Source: a bacterium
Lineage (GTDB): Bacteria > Patescibacteriota > UBA1384 > 2-12-FULL-50-11
Direction of reading: 5' to 3'
Assembly: GCA_021463485.1 (NCBI GenBank)
Contig: JAJTYJ010000003.1
Location: 23,292 to 87,291, forward strand
DNA length: 64,000 nt
Positions 34,901-43,892 of the stretch are shown here, in pieces. A program made the position numbers and the translations under genes. Within the stretch, counting starts at the first letter, position 1. Each line of letters starts with the position of its first letter. The notes under the pieces are model-generated. The model was not told where the DNA came from. It ran no database searches and saw only the letters and a program-made list of their open reading frames with translations.

Positions 34901-36583
34901 ATGCAGGTGATGTTATATGCAGAGGTAATCGTGGCGACTCGAACTAACACACAAGAACTTACCTACGCTGTTAGTGCTCAAATTGTACCTTATATAAGGT
35001 TGGGTAGTCTAGTTACCGTACCGCTCCGGCGCAAAACCGTACGCGGTGTTGTGGTTCGATTGCGTCAAAGCGTTCCAATTCAAATTAAATCGAAACTTCG
35101 TGAGATTCTTAATATTGATCGTAGCGGAATGATCGCTCCAGCATCAATTAAAGTTATGCAATCACTCTCAGAGCACTACGGAGCGAGTTTGGCAGAGGTT
35201 GCCTACCACCTATTAAGAGAAACAACGCCGTCGGCAAGTAGCGGTTCTGTTGGCCAAAACAATGACCCGATCTACGTCCAAGCAGCGTGGCTGCAGCGTC
35301 AAGAACAATATATGTCGTTGGTTAAAGCGTTTCCGGGGAGAGTGCTTTTACTTTTTTCACAACAAGAATACCTTGCTTCGTTTGAGCGTTCGTTATTACA
35401 AACTCCAGCGCTGCGAAGACGGTGCTTGTTAAAAACCTTATCTGGCGCTTTCTCCCAGTTACCACTAGGCTCGATGATTATCGTCGACCAACCGTATCAC
35501 ATTGGTGGAAAGTCGATGCGTCGACCGTTTATGACTACAAAATCGATCGCTGAAACTCGAGCGCAGTACGAGGGGCATCAACTTGTACTAGGTAACGGAG
35601 TGCTCGGGTTCGAAGAGATAATAAATGTGAGCGAGAAAAAAGCAGAACTTGTTTCTATCTCGCCGCCGTCCGTATCGTTTGTAGTCACTAAACAAACTAC
35701 GCGTCAGGGTATCGGCGAGACGACGATTAACCAAATTAACGAGGTGTTATCTGAGCAAAAAAATGTCGCTGTCATTACCCCATCTGGGAGTTGGGCACCG
35801 GCGTTCTTTTGCTCAGATTGCCAAAGCACACTTCAATGTCCGCGCTGCGCGCGGCCGATCGGGCTAATTTCACCTACAACTCACCAGTGTCAGTATTGCG
35901 GTTATACACAACAGCGATTAGCCGTCTGCCCGAGTTGCCAGAGCGAGAATCTAGTCGAAGTCGGCGTTGGGGTTCGACAGCTGCAAGCGTTTATTAAAAA
36001 GCACATCCCGAAGTCGGTGGTTGTTGAGTTAGGCGATAAAGACCTAGATAACAGCGGTAAAATACTCGTCACTAATGAAAAGTTTTTCAGCAACCCCATT
36101 CATCGGTTTGGCTTAGTTGTATTAGTCGGTTGGGATCGATTAGTTTCCGGCGTTTTTCCTGACGGCAACTGGCGTCTACTTAACACTATCATCGAGATTC
36201 AAGGCCAAGTACCGTCGATTGTGGTTGAGACACTCTACCCTGAACACTACTGCTGGGGGAACGTTACAGCCAAAAAACTACGTCGTTTTTTTGAAGAAGA
36301 GCTGAAAGAGCGACGACGCTTATCGCTCCCGCCGTACGGGCAGATTATCGAGGTTGTCGGTCGCGGTTCGATTCGTACGCTAGAGCATCAACAGGAAGAA
36401 TTACTACAAAAACTTGAGTCAAAAGGATACACTGTCTTACCAAAATCCTCGCTCGTTCGCGGCAGAAGTTACGAACTATCATTATCTGTCTTTTCTTCAA
36501 AAAAGTTTTCAACCAAACAGAAGCAACAGATCCGTGAGCAGCTACCGCCAAGTTGGCATTTAGATGTCGACATTGCGAGTTAG
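34901..36583 (+). CDS. PriA-like primosomal protein lacking helicase ATPase motifs (pseudo-helicase): 3' DNA-binding domain + Cys-rich zinc-binding region + C-terminal domain retained
   Basis: N-terminal 3'BD-like YAEVIVATRTNTQELTYAVSAQIVPYIRLGSLVTVPLRRKTVRGVVVRL; PriA Cys cluster FFCSDCQSTLQCPRCARPIG...HQCQYCGY...CPSCQS; where Walker A (GSGKT) and DEEH would be there is VLLLFSQQEY and IIVDQPYH. Confidence 0.6.
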   Translation: MQVMLYAEVIVATRTNTQELTYAVSAQIVPYIRLGSLVTVPLRRKTVRGVVVRLRQSVPIQIKSKLREILNIDRSGMIAPASIKVMQSLSEHYGASLAEVAYHLLRETTPSASSGSVGQNNDPIYVQAAWLQRQEQYMSLVKAFPGRVLLLFSQQEYLASFERSLLQTPALRRRCLLKTLSGAFSQLPLGSMIIVDQPYHIGGKSMRRPFMTTKSIAETRAQYEGHQLVLGNGVLGFEEIINVSEKKAELVSISPPSVSFVVTKQTTRQGIGETTINQINEVLSEQKNVAVITPSGSWAPAFFCSDCQSTLQCPRCARPIGLISPTTHQCQYCGYTQQRLAVCPSCQSENLVEVGVGVRQLQAFIKKHIPKSVVVELGDKDLDNSGKILVTNEKFFSNPIHRFGLVVLVGWDRLVSGVFPDGNWRLLNTIIEIQGQVPSIVVETLYPEHYCWGNVTAKKLRRFFEEELKERRRLSLPPYGQIIEVVGRGSIRTLEHQQEELLQKLESKGYTVLPKSSLVRGRSYELSLSVFSSKKFSTKQKQQIREQLPPSWHLDVDIAS

Positions 36584-36686
36584 CGCAGGCTAGCTAACGA
36601 TCACTAGCCTAGATTCTGAACAACTTGTTGTGAAAAACGAGCCCTAGCGCTCGATTATCTCCTCCTGTTAGAGTAAAATTACTCCT

Positions 36687-38042
36687 ATGGATGTTCGAAT
36701 AATTTACGAACCGATCTTACGCCAAGTGATGAAGCCGGTCACGGTTTTTGACGAGCGATTAAAAAAAGAAGCCGACGAGATGGTCGCTACGATGCATCGC
36801 CAAAACGGTATCGGATTAGCGGCTAATCAAGTTGGCTTAGATAAGCAACTAATTGTTCTCGAATTCACGCCGCAAAAGGACGATGAGACACCAGCCATTC
36901 CTCGAACGCAGCTCTGCAACCCTAAAATTGTTAAAAGCTCGAGCGAAACAGAAGTTATGACTGAGGGCTGCTTGTCGTTGCCTGGTCTTGAATTACCTGT
37001 TCGTCGCAGTCTCGCAGTCGTGGTTGAGGCGCAAAATCTTCGAGGGGAAAAAGTAACAATTAAAGCCAAGGGACTATTTGCTCGAGTGCTTCAGCACGAG
37101 ATCGACCATCTTAACGGGGTTCTTTTTACTGATCGGACTGAAAAAACCAACACTATAAAGCCGTATACGTTCGCTAAAGTAGTATTTTTTGGCAGCGACG
37201 ATTTTAGCCTACCAGTTCTTAGAAGCGTTATTGAAACTGGCTACCAAGTGGTGGCTGTTTTCTGTGAGTCTGACAAACGTGGCGGGCGTGGGGATAATCG
37301 TATCATCTCACTAGTTAAAACGTTCGCCGAGCAACACAGCATTGCTGTATTTAGCCCTGAAACTAAAGAAGAGATCGCGCCGCTGCTTGCACAGATTAAA
37401 CCTGATCTCTTGGTATTGGCGTCCTATGGAAAGATCCTACCCGAGGAGGCATTGCGTCAACCGGTTTTCGGTTGTCTAAATGTTCACCCATCGCTATTAC
37501 CAAAATACCGCGGCGCAACACCGATTCAATCCGCCATATTAAACGGAGAAACCGAAACTGGCGTAACGATTATGTCGATGGCTAAATCTGTCGATGCCGG
37601 TGGAGTTATTGCGCAGCGAACAGCCCCGATCCTACCGAGCGATACTACGCCAGTACTCAGGGAGAAGCTGGCTGAACTTGGATCTCAACTACTAGTTGAA
37701 TTATTGCCAAAGTATTTAAGCGGTCAGGCAAAAATTATCGCTCAAGACGATGCACTGGCTACGCAGACAACCAAACTTTCTAAAGAGCTTGGTCGAATAA
37801 ATTGGGACGAACCAGCTGAACTGATTGTTAGAAAAATTAGAGCATTCTTGCCCTGGCCAGGAACGTATACGACGTTGAACGGGAAGCGCTTCATTATTCT
37901 TGAAGCAACGGTGAAGGATAGTACTGTGTTACCAATACGGGTACAGCTAGAGGGTAAAACCGCCGTGAATTGGGAGGATTTCTTGCGTGGATACCAAAGC
38001 CAATTGACTCGAGAACCCTGGTACGGTAAAATTTATCGGTAA
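36687..38042 (+). CDS. def-fmt: Fusion protein: peptide deformylase (N-terminal ~165 aa) fused in frame to methionyl-tRNA formyltransferase (C-terminal ~285 aa)
   Basis: Def motifs GIGLAANQVG, EGCLSLPG, HEIDHLNG followed without stop by Fmt N-domain KVVFFGSDDFSLPVL and HPSLLPKYRGATPIQSAILNGE; single continuous 451-aa ORF. Confidence 0.85.
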   Translation: MDVRIIYEPILRQVMKPVTVFDERLKKEADEMVATMHRQNGIGLAANQVGLDKQLIVLEFTPQKDDETPAIPRTQLCNPKIVKSSSETEVMTEGCLSLPGLELPVRRSLAVVVEAQNLRGEKVTIKAKGLFARVLQHEIDHLNGVLFTDRTEKTNTIKPYTFAKVVFFGSDDFSLPVLRSVIETGYQVVAVFCESDKRGGRGDNRIISLVKTFAEQHSIAVFSPETKEEIAPLLAQIKPDLLVLASYGKILPEEALRQPVFGCLNVHPSLLPKYRGATPIQSAILNGETETGVTIMSMAKSVDAGGVIAQRTAPILPSDTTPVLREKLAELGSQLLVELLPKYLSGQAKIIAQDDALATQTTKLSKELGRINWDEPAELIVRKIRAFLPWPGTYTTLNGKRFIILEATVKDSTVLPIRVQLEGKTAVNWEDFLRGYQSQLTREPWYGKIYR

Positions 38043-38458
38043 TGTTAGTTATTCGTTTACGCCGCGTCGGCAAAAAAAACAAACCAACGTATCGAATTGT
38101 TGTTGCAGAACACTCTTTTCCGGTTGACGGCAAATTTACTGCTGATTTAGGGTTTTATAACCCACACACCAAGGCAGTGGGCCTAAAAAAGGAAGAAGCG
38201 GTTGACTGGATGAATAAAGGCGCTCAGCCTTCTAATACTGTTGCCAAAATTCTCGAAAAGGAAAAAGTTAAGCACGGTTCCGTTGTTGTAATAAAAAAGA
38301 AGAAGCAACCAAAAAAGGCGACCGAACCGAAAGAACCAAAAACTGCTGAACATTCAGCTCCAGAAGAAGCTGCTGAAGTTACCCCAACGACTGAGCCAAC
38401 AACAGAAGTGGCTGAAGGTACTCCAGCAAGCGAAGACTCGAGCGATACTCAAGCCTAA
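38042..38458 (+). CDS. rpsP: 30S ribosomal protein S16 with Lys/Glu/Pro-rich C-terminal extension
   Basis: MLVIRLRRVGKKNKPTYRIVVAEHSFPVDGKFTADLGFYNPHT. Confidence 0.9.
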   Translation: MLVIRLRRVGKKNKPTYRIVVAEHSFPVDGKFTADLGFYNPHTKAVGLKKEEAVDWMNKGAQPSNTVAKILEKEKVKHGSVVVIKKKKQPKKATEPKEPKTAEHSAPEEAAEVTPTTEPTTEVAEGTPASEDSSDTQA

Positions 38459-38506
38459 CTGCTGGGCAGCGGCTTAACGCGCTGCTAAACTAAAATCAGG
38501 AGGGAA

Positions 38507-38878
38507 GTGGTAACAGGATTTTTTCGGTGGTGGTATAGCGAAGGAATTGTTCAAAGCGGACAGATTGTCTTGTACGCCGTTAATCGGATTACTGATTTCT
38601 TTTCGTTACCGATACTTATTAAAACTTGGACTGCGCCGTGGAAAGACGATCGTCTCGCGGCCGACAACGCCTCGCTTTCTGATCAAGTAAAGATACTCGA
38701 ATTAAATTTTGCCAGTCGAGTCGTCGGATTTTTAGTACGAACTGTTGTAATCGCGGTGGTTCTATTAATTTTAGCGGTACTTATAATACTGGCTGTAGTT
38801 GGCTTGGCGATTTGGATTTTAGTTCCGTTTGCCTGGCTATTACTACCAACAGTAGCAGTGATTGTGAGTTATCAATGA
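38507..38878 (+). CDS. Membrane protein, hypothetical (123 aa), translationally coupled to downstream AAA+ gene
   Basis: C-terminal hydrophobic helices VVIAVVLLILAVLIILAVVGLAIWILVPFAWLLLPTVAVIV; stop overlaps next start (ATGA). Confidence 0.45.
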   Translation: MVTGFFRWWYSEGIVQSGQIVLYAVNRITDFFSLPILIKTWTAPWKDDRLAADNASLSDQVKILELNFASRVVGFLVRTVVIAVVLLILAVLIILAVVGLAIWILVPFAWLLLPTVAVIVSYQ

Positions 38879-41292
38879 AGCAAAAGCTGCGAACGCAATC
38901 GATTCTCTTTTTCGACTCAACAACTATATTGGTTATTAGAATATTTTCGCACTTCTTGGGCGCTGTGAGCGTGCTGCTAATCATCGCGGCCTTGTTTTTC
39001 GAGCTTTCCCCGGCTGTTATCGGGCTAGCAGTCTTATTTACGACGCCATCGGTTCTATTTCTTGGTTACGGTTGGTATATTAACTTCCTTAAAATTAACC
39101 CAAGTTACGGGCTAACTTCGCGAGATCTCGAGTTGCCAGAGAACAGGTTGGATTTTGCGGTTTGGGAAGCGGTACTAGCAATGCAAAAAGGCGGTTGGAG
39201 CGGTTTTTGGCGGCGCATCAGCAGTGATGTTAATGCCCTGGAAGTATTATTGCGCCTACAGCTTTCCGAGGCTAAGTTAATAGAACTTTTTGAGAGCAAG
39301 GTGTCGAGTGGTGATTTAACTTCTGTACTAATCCGGGAAGTTGGGCAAACAATTAACGATGGCTCGGTGGGGACGGTTTTTGATCTTCTTTCGATTACGC
39401 TAAGTCACCAGGAATTTGCGCCACATTTTACAGCGCTAAAAATCTCTCCCGAAGAAGTTGAGCAGTTAATTGGGTACTATCGGGATCGACACGCACGGTT
39501 TCGCGCTCGACAGTTGTTTTGGCTTCATCCAGAACTGGCTAGAACCGGCGGATTTGCTGCTGGTTGGGCGTTGAGTTATACATCGACACTTGATCGATTT
39601 ACAGAAGAAATTACCTCCTCGATTAAATTCCATACCGAGCAGACGCCGTTATTTTCTCGATCGAGCGTTGTTGACTTAGTAATTTCTGAGCTCCAAAAAC
39701 AATCGAACCACAACGTATTGCTCGTAGGAGAAGAGGGGAGCGGGCGCAAAGAAATCTTTTATCACGTTGCGGATAAGCTTCTGCACTACCAATCAAATAC
39801 GCCGCTCGACGGCATCCAGGTACGGCTTCTCGACTCCGCGCGGTTAGTTGCGGCAACTGATAGCGTCGAACACTTACAGCAATTACTTGATCAAATTTTT
39901 ACGGAGATCAGTCGCTCGGGAAGAATTGTACTATTTATCGATCAACTCGAATCGTTACTTTCGGACAACAGCGTCGGAACAGTGAATCTGAGCCAGGTGT
40001 TAGCGAAATATCTTCAAGACGAGCGGATCCACATCGTCGCTACAATACAAACTAAAACTTACGTCACGCAAATTAAACCTGACGCTACGCTCGCTTCAAT
40101 TTGGGCAAAAATAGATATCGCGCCGCCTCCTAGTGCCGATTTACCGCTAATTATACTCTCCCATATCGCCCGCATTGAAAACCGTTACGACGTCTTCTTT
40201 AGCTATACTGCCTTGCGAGCGGTTACGCAGCTCTCCGGTCAGTATCTAACCGACTTACCTTCACCTGAGCGTGAGTTGATGATTACCGAGGAAGTAGCGG
40301 CGCGCAATCACGGTGAAAATAACCGAATTGTTGAGCCAAACGCTGTCACGAAGGTGATCGAGCAAAAAAGCGGAGTGCCGATAGAAGTCGGTGAGTCGGA
40401 AAAAGTGAAGCTCCAAGATCTGCCAAACATTCTCCATCAGCGAGTGATCGGCCAGGATGAAGCGATCCAGGCGGTGAGTGACGCTCTCTTGCGGGCTAGA
40501 GCAGGTATCGGAACGGGGAAGAAACCGCTCGGAACCTTCCTATTTCTCGGACCGACCGGGGTTGGGAAAACTGAAACAGCTCGTACGCTTGCCCAAATGT
40601 ATTTTGGCAGCCCAGATAAACTTATTCAGCTCGATATGACTGAGTACGGAGCCGAGGACGGCTTACAAAAACTACTCGGGACTGACGCGGTTTCACAGCC
40701 AGGTACGCTAACTATTGCGCTCGAAAAAAATCCGTCAGCGGTCCTTTTGTTCGACGAGTTCGAAAAGGCTCACCAGCTCGTGCAAAACACCTTACTCCAA
40801 ATCCTCGATGAGGGTAGGCTAACCACCAACTTCGGTAAGGTACTGCATTTCACCAACACAATTATTATCGCCACCAGCAACGCCGGCTCAAACTTTATTA
40901 AGCAGCAAGTTGAATCTGGACAAACAGTAAAATCCTTTAGTAAACAGCTAATCGATCAGTTAATTGCTGAGCGCGTGTTCACGCCTGAGCTTCTTAATCG
41001 TTTCGATACTGTTGCTGTTTACTCGCCGCTTTCGGCTAGCCAAATTGAGGCGATCGCAAAATTAAGAATCAACGAAACGCTCCAGAGTATCGAGCGAGAT
41101 AAAGGTATAATCGTTAGAGTTAACGATGCGGTAATTACGGAAATCGCAAAAAAGGGCTACGATCCAGTGTTCGGAGCTCGAGCTCTCTCACGAGTTATCA
41201 AATCAGAACTCGAAACTCAGATCGCTAGAAAAATTATTAGCGAGTCGCCCCAACCCGGCGCGACGCTAACCATCGATTCGCTGAGTAAGTAA
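38875..41292 (+). CDS. Membrane-anchored ClpB/ClpC-like double AAA+ ATPase: 2 N-terminal TM helices, Clp_N-like repeats, degenerate AAA+ D1 (Walker A GEEGSGRKE; Walker B FIDQLE), canonical D2
   Basis: D2: GPTGVGKTETARTLA (Walker A), VLLFDEFEKAH (Walker B), sensor/Arg finger region; D1 motifs degenerate as quoted; N-terminal hydrophobic segments. Confidence 0.7.
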   Translation: MKQKLRTQSILFFDSTTILVIRIFSHFLGAVSVLLIIAALFFELSPAVIGLAVLFTTPSVLFLGYGWYINFLKINPSYGLTSRDLELPENRLDFAVWEAVLAMQKGGWSGFWRRISSDVNALEVLLRLQLSEAKLIELFESKVSSGDLTSVLIREVGQTINDGSVGTVFDLLSITLSHQEFAPHFTALKISPEEVEQLIGYYRDRHARFRARQLFWLHPELARTGGFAAGWALSYTSTLDRFTEEITSSIKFHTEQTPLFSRSSVVDLVISELQKQSNHNVLLVGEEGSGRKEIFYHVADKLLHYQSNTPLDGIQVRLLDSARLVAATDSVEHLQQLLDQIFTEISRSGRIVLFIDQLESLLSDNSVGTVNLSQVLAKYLQDERIHIVATIQTKTYVTQIKPDATLASIWAKIDIAPPPSADLPLIILSHIARIENRYDVFFSYTALRAVTQLSGQYLTDLPSPERELMITEEVAARNHGENNRIVEPNAVTKVIEQKSGVPIEVGESEKVKLQDLPNILHQRVIGQDEAIQAVSDALLRARAGIGTGKKPLGTFLFLGPTGVGKTETARTLAQMYFGSPDKLIQLDMTEYGAEDGLQKLLGTDAVSQPGTLTIALEKNPSAVLLFDEFEKAHQLVQNTLLQILDEGRLTTNFGKVLHFTNTIIIATSNAGSNFIKQQVESGQTVKSFSKQLIDQLIAERVFTPELLNRFDTVAVYSPLSASQIEAIAKLRINETLQSIERDKGIIVRVNDAVITEIAKKGYDPVFGARALSRVIKSELETQIARKIISESPQPGATLTIDSLSK

Positions 41293-41376
41293 TTTACAAC
41301 GAGAGATAACTTTGTTACAACTGATGACAAGTTGCAGCAAGTAGGTCGAACTGTGGAGAGTTGACAGGAGATCCAA

Positions 41377-41691
41377 ATGGCAGAAATGACTGATCAAGAA
41401 TACGTAGAAAGCATGGTTAAGCCGCTTGTTGATAACGTCGATGACGTGGTTACTACTCGTACACTCGACGAACGAGGCGTTTTAATCCAATTGACGGTAA
41501 ATCAGGCAGATATGGGGAAAGTAATCGGTCGTGATGGACGAACCGCAAAAGCAATTCGCTCGCTTCTTCGTGTCTTTGGTGCGCGTAGCAACGCACGGAT
41601 TAACTTAAAAATCGTTGAGCCAGACGGCCAAGAGGTCGCAATTCCGGAAGAAAAAGCTGCCGGAACCGAGCAAGCCACAGGCGTAATCTAA
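41377..41691 (+). CDS. KH-domain RNA-binding protein (YlqC/UPF0109 family), the usual rpsP-operon member
   Basis: GKVIGRDGRTAKAIRSLL KH GxxG motif; RBS GGAG upstream. Confidence 0.75.
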   Translation: MAEMTDQEYVESMVKPLVDNVDDVVTTRTLDERGVLIQLTVNQADMGKVIGRDGRTAKAIRSLLRVFGARSNARINLKIVEPDGQEVAIPEEKAAGTEQATGVI

Positions 41692-41751
41692 AAATAAACA
41701 AAGAGCGCTTCGGAGATATCGGGGCGCTTTTTGTGTAGGTATACTATAGCT

Positions 41752-42393
41752 ATGCAAATCGATGTTATTACGCTATTTCCGGAGATGATCAACCAAGCGT
41801 TGTCTCATTCGATACCCGCCCGGGCGCAGAAGAGTAATAAGGTAAAAGTTACGGCTCACTTCTTGCGTAACTGGGCAATCGATAAGCGTGGCACAGTTGA
41901 TGACACACCGTACGGCGGCGGTCCGGGTATGGTACTTCGAGTTGACGTTGCGCACGCAGCGTTAACAGCGGTTGATCCGCGTCACAAAGCTCATCGAGTC
42001 ATGCTTTCACCGGATGGCGACAGGCTCGACCAGAAGTTAGTTAAAACGCTGTCAGAAAAAAAGCAGTTAGTACTGTTGTGCGGCCGATACGAGGGATTTG
42101 ATGCACGAATAGAAAAATATGTCGATCAAAAAATCTCGATCGGCGACTACGTTGTAAGCGGCGGTGAGCTACCGGCACTCGTACTAATAGACGCAGTTAC
42201 CAGGTTAATACCAGGAGTTTTGGGTAACGCCGAGTCGTTAGAGCACGAAACGTTCGAGAACGACGTTACCGATTTTCCACAGTACACTCGGCCAGAAGTC
42301 TACGAAAAGGTTTCGGTACCGCCAGTTCTACTTTCCGGGCATCACGCCGAAATTACCGCCTGGCGACGATCGCAACAGACGCAAACACGTTGA
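41752..42393 (+). CDS. trmD: tRNA (guanine37-N1)-methyltransferase
   Basis: MQIDVITLFPEM..., DDTPYGGGPGMVL, LLCGRYEGFDARI, SIGDYVVSGGELPALVLIDAV. Confidence 0.9.
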   Translation: MQIDVITLFPEMINQALSHSIPARAQKSNKVKVTAHFLRNWAIDKRGTVDDTPYGGGPGMVLRVDVAHAALTAVDPRHKAHRVMLSPDGDRLDQKLVKTLSEKKQLVLLCGRYEGFDARIEKYVDQKISIGDYVVSGGELPALVLIDAVTRLIPGVLGNAESLEHETFENDVTDFPQYTRPEVYEKVSVPPVLLSGHHAEITAWRRSQQTQTR

Positions 42394-42429
42394 CATCTAC
42401 CCTGTTGTTTAGGTAAGATAGACGCACGT

Positions 42430-42738
42430 ATGCGTTCACTACAAGACGAGATTCGACAAACCCAACGTGAGTTATCTTGTCCTGTCTGTGGACGTTCGTT
42501 CGATTTGCGTGATATCCGTGTTCGTTCGTATCTTGGTAATAATTCAGTTGAGCTGTCTGTGGTTTGTAGCCGCGGTCACTCACCGATCATTCTCTTGGTC
42601 CCGATTAATTTAAAAGAAGTGGCTAAGGCTGGTCCGATTACCGAGAAAGAGCTAAAAACGATTCACAAAAAAATCGACAACGTCGAAGAAAGTATTAACG
42701 AATTACTAAAAGAAAAAAATGACCGCAAAAAAGATTGA
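42430..42738 (+). CDS. Small zinc-ribbon-like hypothetical protein (CPVCG...C.RGH), Lys/Glu-rich C-terminus
   Basis: 102 aa ORF with SCPVCGRSF and VVCSRGHS; overlaps rplY start by 20 bp. Confidence 0.4.
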   Translation: MRSLQDEIRQTQRELSCPVCGRSFDLRDIRVRSYLGNNSVELSVVCSRGHSPIILLVPINLKEVAKAGPITEKELKTIHKKIDNVEESINELLKEKNDRKKD

Positions 42739-43420
42739 ATTACAAGCCGAACGCCGAACTATTGTTGGTAAGAAAGTAAAGCGCAGTCGTGCCAAGGGCC
42801 TACTACCGGCTGTCGTTTACGGACACGGTCAAGAATCGACGCCAATTTTTATTGATGAACGCGAGTTTAAAAAAACTTATAAAGAAGCCGGTACAAGTGC
42901 ATTGATTGATCTTACGATCGACCAAGATAAGGCGATTAAGGTGCTGTTGCACGAGCCACAGGAACACTACCTCCATGGCGGGCCGGTCCACGCCGATTTC
43001 TACGCGGTAAAAATGACCGAAAAGATCGAGACTGCAATTCCGATCCACTTTACTGGCACTTCGGCAGCCGTCGAAGAGCTGGAAGGTAACTTGATTACTA
43101 ATAAGGACGAGCTTGAAATTCGCTGTCTGCCAGCTGATCTCATTCCGGCGGTTGAAGTAGATCTTTCGGCGTTGGCGACGTTTGACGATAGTATTCGTGT
43201 CAGCGATATTAAAGTACCAGAAACGATCGAAATTATGCTTGATCCCGAAGAAGTTATCGCAACTGTTGCTGCTCCGATCTCTGAAGAAGAGCTTGAAGCA
43301 GAACTAGCAACCGATACCACCGAAGCCGAAGCTGCAGCTGTTGAGGAGCTTGGCAAGGAAGAAGCTCCAGCTGAAGGTGAAGCCGCAGAAGGCGAATCGA
43401 ACGAAGAAAAATCTGAGTAA
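42719..43420 (+). CDS. rplY: 50S ribosomal protein L25 / general stress protein Ctc form with acidic C-terminal tail
   Basis: LQAERRTIVGKKVKRSRAKGLLPAVVYGHGQESTPIFIDEREF... typical L25/Ctc N- and C-domains. Confidence 0.85.
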   Translation: MTAKKIELQAERRTIVGKKVKRSRAKGLLPAVVYGHGQESTPIFIDEREFKKTYKEAGTSALIDLTIDQDKAIKVLLHEPQEHYLHGGPVHADFYAVKMTEKIETAIPIHFTGTSAAVEELEGNLITNKDELEIRCLPADLIPAVEVDLSALATFDDSIRVSDIKVPETIEIMLDPEEVIATVAAPISEEELEAELATDTTEAEAAAVEELGKEEAPAEGEAAEGESNEEKSE

Positions 43421-43433
43421 ACGCAAACTAACA

Positions 43434-43461
43434 AAAAAACACCCGGAAGGGTGTTTTTTTG
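43434..43461. terminator. Bidirectional rho-independent terminator (A-run, hairpin acaccc-ggaa-gggtgt, T-run)
   Basis: aaaaaaacacccggaagggtgttttttt seen in sequence between convergent genes. Confidence 0.7.
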
Positions 43462-43462
43462 T

Positions 43463-43666
43463 TTAAGTCCAAGAACTTATATCTTTAAGTGCAAATGAGC
43501 GTAACGCCTTTTTCTCTAAATCGTGCGCATCTAATAGCCACTGCGGATCAGGGTGGTACTTAGTTGAACCAAACCAAATTTTAATCGGAATAATTGCTCG
43601 TGTCCCGGTTTCTCCACGATAATTTTTATACGTAATAGTTACGGTCTGGTTGATATTATCTTGCAT
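43463..43666 (-). CDS. Small hypothetical protein (67 aa) starting 4 nt after the 3' end of tRNA-Thr
   Basis: ORF MQDNINQTVTITYKNYRGETGTRAIIPIKIWFGSTKYHPDPQWLLDAHDLEKKALRSFALKDISSWT; no family assigned. Confidence 0.35.
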   Translation of the reverse strand: MQDNINQTVTITYKNYRGETGTRAIIPIKIWFGSTKYHPDPQWLLDAHDLEKKALRSFALKDISSWT

Positions 43667-43669
43667 CTG

Positions 43670-43741
43670 AGCCGAAGGCGGGATTTGAACCCGCGACCTC
43701 TGCTTTACGAAAGCATTGCTCTACCACTGAGCTACTCCGGC
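43670..43741 (-). tRNA. tRNA-Thr (anticodon CGT)
   Basis: Minus strand GCCGGAGTAGCTCAGTGGTAGAGCAATGCTTTCGTAAAGCAGAGGTCGCGGGTTCAAATCCCGCCTTCGGCT; loop TTCGTAA. Confidence 0.8.
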
Positions 43742-43892
43742 ACAATACGAAAATTATAGCGCAATTACCCTGTAATTTCACGGGTAAACTATTTTGACTT
43801 AACTCGATATCGACTTGATTGAACCTCTTTATCGGGCGACCATCGAACCGAACGTGTTAACGCAGTTGCACATTAACACTAAGGAGAACGCG

